Translations under genes and position numbers: made by a program | Shown: piece after piece, positions 59,185 to 64,000 of the stretch | Layout of the letters: the number at the start of each line of letters is the position of its first letter | Numbering within the stretch: position 1 is the first letter of the stretch | Notes under the pieces: generated by a model | Seen by the model: only the letters and a program-made list of their open reading frames with translations | Database searches by the model: none | What the model was told of the DNA's origin: nothing | NCBI GenBank assembly: GCA_047495785.1 | Contig: JBLDXI010000033.1 | Coordinates: 1,488,001 to 1,552,000 of the forward strand | DNA length: 64,000 bases | Direction of reading: 5' to 3' | Origin: Lepidodermella squamata | Taxonomy: Eukaryota; Animalia; Gastrotricha

Positions 59185-61922
59185 TTACCAAACCGTGCAC
59201 TTGTTCGTCGGATTCATCGGAGCATCCTTGTTACATTTGAAAGCAGTAGCGAAATCGGGATGGTTTGAAACCGGGCCATTGACGCTGGAAAATTGAATTT
59301 TTATTGAAAATTTAAAACATTTTTTTTTAATTTTACCGGAATTTCCCAGGCGAATGAACGTTTTGCAGGATCTGCTGCTTCAAAGATTCTGGGGTGTAGA
59401 GAGTGCACCAGACTTGAGAGTAAGCGACGAAGAAAAGCTGGTCGTCAGTCAGGAAATCGAGACCGATATTAACAGTTTGGTTGACGGCATCGACTGAATC
59501 CTTATAAGCCTGGTACGACGCTCGAAGCCCTCCGTTATCGCCGATATTTTCACCCAGGGTCTGTTTCCCGTCAAGGTGAAGACCCTCAGCTTCATAGGCA
59601 GCGTACTGATCAATCAGGCACTGGGCTCGTTTGTCGAATTTCTCCTTAGTATCCTTCGACCACCAGTTGTTAAGGTTGCCATCCTTATCATACTGACTTC
59701 CACTGTCGTCGAAGCCGTGGCCGATTTCGTGCCCAATAACTGTGCCGATCGCAGCGAAATTGATAGCTGGCGGCATTTCTGGGGCTTGGTAGAAAAACGG
59801 GGCTTGGAGGATACCAGCCGGTACGACGAATTTATTTTGCGTCGGGGAATAATAAGCATTGACAGTTTGAGGAGTCATGTACCAACGAGATGTATCAGGA
59901 GCTTTCCGGAGTTGCTGAAAAAATCAATAGATAAATACTTAAGATTCCAGGAATTCACGGGACCTACGCTGAACTCATCGTCGAATTCGAATGAGTGGCT
60001 ATAGAACTGATTTTGGACAAAGTCGGTGCTGACTTCAAGATTCGAGTAGAACTTGTCCAAATAAGTGTCCTGTTTAATCCAAGGAGGGTAGGCAGCTTCG
60101 TACTTCAGAGAATCGACCTAAAAACATCAAAATTAAGGTTGATTTATGCTAAATGCTGCACAGGGTACCTTGGCTAGAGCTTCAGTTTTTGTTGGTTGAT
60201 CCATCCAATCCAAGTCAACAACTCGTTTTCTGAAAGCGACCGAAACTTTATCGATGACATTGACGGCCTTAGATGGAGAAATATTTAAAAATTCCGAGTT
60301 AAGGGCAAATTTTCTTACAATGTCCTTGCCAGTTTCGGTGAAATGATCTTCAATGTACAAGGCGCCAAGGCCGAAACCAACAGCGGCATCCGTGTAAGAA
60401 ACGCAATCCTGCCAACGAGGCAAGGATCCTGAATGGAAAGGGTTCCAAGACAATTCTAAGCTTGATCTAAATCTTACCTTGCTTGCCAGAGAAAACTGTC
60501 TGGAACTTATCCGAAGCCTCGCTGAAGTCCCCTGCAAATTTGAGACGGTCATTTTGACAACCTTTTCCAACTGGACTTACCTCCAAATCGGGCTGCGTAT
60601 TGCGAAACAGCTCGGAAGACGACGTAGTTGTGAAGAGTTCGCTTTCCCTCGGTCGTAGTAAGGTATCTATTGACCAATGTCGTCAGATCAAGAATGTAAT
60701 CAGTTCCGTAGACCAGAACCGGTTCGGTCTCATCAACAGTGATTCTCGCGGATTTGACGGATTTGAAGATATTATTGGCAAAATCAACCCATCGGATGAA
60801 ACCAGCCTTGCCTGATAAAAAGAATAAGTTTCCTCGAATGTTTTAGCTTCAATTGAATTACTCTGTAACCAGCCGAGAGATTGCTTATTGTACTGAGTTG
60901 ACGGGTCTCGAAGCAGGCGAGTCGGTAGAGAAATTTCAGCCATTTCTTGCTCGAACTTGACGACATCAACGATCAAAGCCTGGTCAACTTGATCCTCGCC
61001 AACAATCGATTTGGCATAACTTGTCAGCAGTTCAATGTAGGCCGTCATGATTGGGTCAGCGTCGGGCCCAGTCAAGGTTTTATTGATGTAGTAATCACGT
61101 GTTCCGGATCCTAAGCCCAACCCGGCCTGGCTGACTTGAATGATGTTAGTCTTCACGTCCTTGATATCGCTAGAGACGCCGAATGAGAAAAATCCACTCT
61201 GGCTGTAAGCATTTCGCTTTTCAAGCACTGTCTCAAGGTCCCAACCGCTTGGGAAGGTGGCGGTTGGAGTTAGGTAAAATCCAAGCATGTCGTTGACTAG
61301 TTTCAACAGCGCAGGTTTGCCATTCGCGGCGATTTCATCGGTCTTCAAACACGCAGCGTAGTAGCGACGCGCCTTCGCCCTGTTCTCAGCTTCCTTAGCC
61401 GGCGCTGGAGCTTCAAGGATGTCCTTCAGGTCCTTTAGAACCAAGTTACGGGCCTCGTCAAAGGTGCTGTATTTGTTGTATCCCGTCGGGATATTGGCTC
61501 GACCTTAAAAAAAATGGCGGTAATTTAAATTCAAATGTATCCTAAATTATTTATACGTTCATAGCCTCCGCAGGTGTATTGGTAGAAATCTTCGCAGGGG
61601 TTCGCGCTTGGGTCCATATTCGCTAGAATTGCGCCAGCTGTGGCGACGCAATTCGTAGTTGTGCAGACTTTCTTCTCCTCAACAGTAATCTCAGCATTTT
61701 TCTCAACTTCAGCACTGTACAAAATGGCTAGGGTGATGACGGCCGTGGTTAGTAGGATGATGGGAATGAAGAACACGATGAATTGGCAACAGGCTGACTG
61801 CCTAGCTAACCAAGATCGATCGTCTAAATTACGGGAAAAGCTTGAAAAATTATAGATGTTTTTGTATTATGTTTCGAACCTTTACGATGCACATGATCGT
61901 CGCCGAACTCGCCCTTTTCCAT
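59185..61922 (-). CDS. Neprilysin/endothelin-converting enzyme family (M13) metallopeptidase, predicted active; multi-exon
   Basis: Type II TM, PCEDFYQYTCGG, VNAYY, GILQAPFF, GHEIGHGFD, GENIGDNGG, HSPGKFR, C-terminal CTVW. Confidence 0.95.
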
Positions 61923-62457
61923 CTTAAAATTAATAAATTCCTAATAGTTTCGAGTAAAAAAGGAGCTTTAATATTTAGGCGGTTTTGTAACCTTATGAAT
62001 CGCACCCTTTTAATCACACGTCTATACGGCGTTTTGCCCCAAATGAGCGCAAAAACTGATACCAATTATATCGCAAAATGACTTAATTATACCCATTAAA
62101 GCCGCTATTGAATCGGGTTTTTCACCGACAGTGAAGGGATTTCAGCGATAAGCTGCCCACTTTTTCATTATAATATGTGACGCTGTGTGAAAGTTTATCT
62201 CGCCCCTTTGCACCCAGCCGGAAAAGTCATTTGGCACCCATTTTTCATTGTTTAGTATGTCTTGCCAACCAGCGCGTATATTGTTATCAGATGCCGAAAC
62301 AGCGGGCGGCGGCTAATTTCCCCGTTAGATGCTCCGCCTCTGATTACCGCCTATAAGTTGATGAGTAGTTGACGAGAGGCGATGTCACCTAGTTGATGAA
62401 TCATGATATTGAAAATGATAAAAAATCTGGAGCCGAAGGGGCTAATTTAGAACTTAA

Positions 62458-63244
62458 CCCTTTCATGGCCATAACGACGATTTCGGAATTTTGACTTTGA
62501 CAGTGCACCAAAATTTCATTTTGATTTATTTTTTATTTTTGATCGCCCTTTCAAGCAATACTACTTTTCGATGTTGGCTACAAGAATTTGAAACAATCAG
62601 ACCGCTATCTCACACCGTTTTGAAAATATGACCATTTTAAAATTGATAACTGAGGTATGAAATTTCGATTTTTCTCAAATTGAAATTAAGGTAACCCCAT
62701 CTCATTATCCGGTCATACAAAAAATACTACAGTGTCCGGCATAGTCTCATTGACCTGTGTGCAAATTGTTATCTGATTTCGACAAAAACTAACAGCGCTG
62801 CCTTGATTTTAGCTAAGTGGTCGAAATCGTCCTGTCGGCCCAGACGATATACAGGCGAGATGCGGGTTTTTTGTGCTTCAAAACGGCGGCGTGTGAAAAA
62901 GCTGACTTGGCTGAATACTGATCGAAATGCTGATTTTTGAAAACTGGGTTTAACTGATTTCTTTTCTCAGAATAATGAAGGGAGAATTTCAGGGACCGTT
63001 AAGGGAGAGGCTTAGAACATGCAAATTCAATGTTGACAGCATCTAATGCTGTAACTAGGGTGTTTGAAAAATGTGCTGAAATCAGCTGGGCCGATAGGGC
63101 GATTTCGACCACTTTTTGCACAGCCTTAACGGTGATGGATAGAGACAAGCGGGTTTCAAAATCGTGATCAGGGCCTTCGAAAACCCCTAGAACTCCTGTC
63201 AAATATTTTTTCTACCGGAGATAAATAATTCGGCCATGAAAGGG
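62458..63244. mobile_element. Non-autonomous piggyBac-type element
   Basis: TTAA on both flanks, 13-bp TIR CCCTTTCATGGCC, no transposase ORF. Confidence 0.85.
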
Positions 63245-63303
63245 TTAATTAAATCAGGCAGATTCTTAAGCCTCATGAATTCAGCTTCAATGTTCAATGT
63301 TCA

Positions 63304-63385
63304 AGGTTTTCGTTTTTTCGAAAAATTGGGAAATTTTTATGTACCTACATAAAAATTTCCCAATTTTTCGAAAAAACGAAAACCT
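63304..63385. repeat. Perfect palindrome with 40-bp arms and a 2-nt loop
   Basis: AGGTTTTCGTTTTTTCGAAAAATTGGGAAATTTTTATGTA-CC-reverse complement. Confidence 0.9.
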
Positions 63386-63737
63386 GATAATCAATTACTT
63401 CTTTGTGATCTTTTATAAATAATCTCACAATTTTTATGATTTTTTTTGTTTATTGCCTGATAATCGAATCTTCAGAAATAGGGTAATCAGCTTTGAGTAT
63501 AAGTAATGTCCAACATTTTGGGCTTGAGTCGAAATTTTCAGATCATTTTGCGCAATCTCGAGACCTCTGTTCTTCGATCCAACTGCTCAGCTAATTGTGA
63601 TTCTGAAGCGCCATTATTTAATGCGTAATAATTCGCGTGTTATTCTTCGATTTGCTGCAATGATGCTCCATCCTAATTGGCGCCAAGTCGATAAAGGACT
63701 GCCTATGCTGGCAGATTATTGACAAATTAAAAAAAAA

Positions 63738-64000
63738 TGATTTCTATATGGGGATTTTCATTTATTGGTATGCAAAGCAATTCGGATATTTTTATTGAAT
63801 TTTACGAATTTTTCCAATCCAGTGATCGCCCTGGTTTGTGCCGTCTCATGCAATCCAGCTGAACAGGCCGCCGGAGTAGCTGACCAACAAGCTGGCGAGA
63901 GGACAGCTTGGGTTAGCGTTGAGTAAGTCGAATTTAGGTTTCCAGATAATTCCGCAATTCAAATCATTTCCAGCCACGAAGTAACGAAGAAGAAGAAATC
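63738..64000 (+). CDS. 5' end of a gene for a probably secreted protein; runs off the window
   Basis: Three in-phase exons with ~50-nt GT-AG introns give MISIWGFSFIVIALVCAVSCNPAEQAAGVADQQAGERTAWVSVDHEVTKKKK. Confidence 0.55.

Overview
Gene-dense eukaryotic DNA from an invertebrate animal: short AT-rich GT-AG introns of about 50 nt, AATAAA signals and a U2 snRNA. The taxon cannot be determined from the sequence. In order: (1) a tandem array of at least four divergent nicotinic-type Cys-loop channel subunits with remodelled loop C; (2) a duplicated block with two intact papain-family proteases that have an unusual acidic propeptide, a propeptide-only copy and relics, mixed with PPxY membrane proteins, a catalytically dead trypsin-like protein and a very basic secreted protein; (3) ACSS3; (4) an inverted-duplicated pair made of an unrecognised alpha/beta-domain gene (three paralogs, possibly NYN/PIN-like) and an RRM+coiled-coil gene; (5) a septin/AIG1-like GTPase; (6) an inactive neprilysin-like gene; (7) SOAT/ACAT; (8) two inactive lipase-mucin-PAN genes, one hosting U2 snRNA in an intron; (9) Ly6/uPAR-like genes; (10) an AT-hook/FLYWCH gene derived from a Mutator transposase; (11) an active neprilysin/ECE. 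Several MITEs (TA- and TTAA-flanked) are scattered through the window. The best candidates for an undescribed system are the unknown-domain/RRM gene pairs at 25-30 kb and the operon-like atypical Cys-loop receptor array at 0-7.8 kb. All family calls come from reading motifs by eye; no searches were run.
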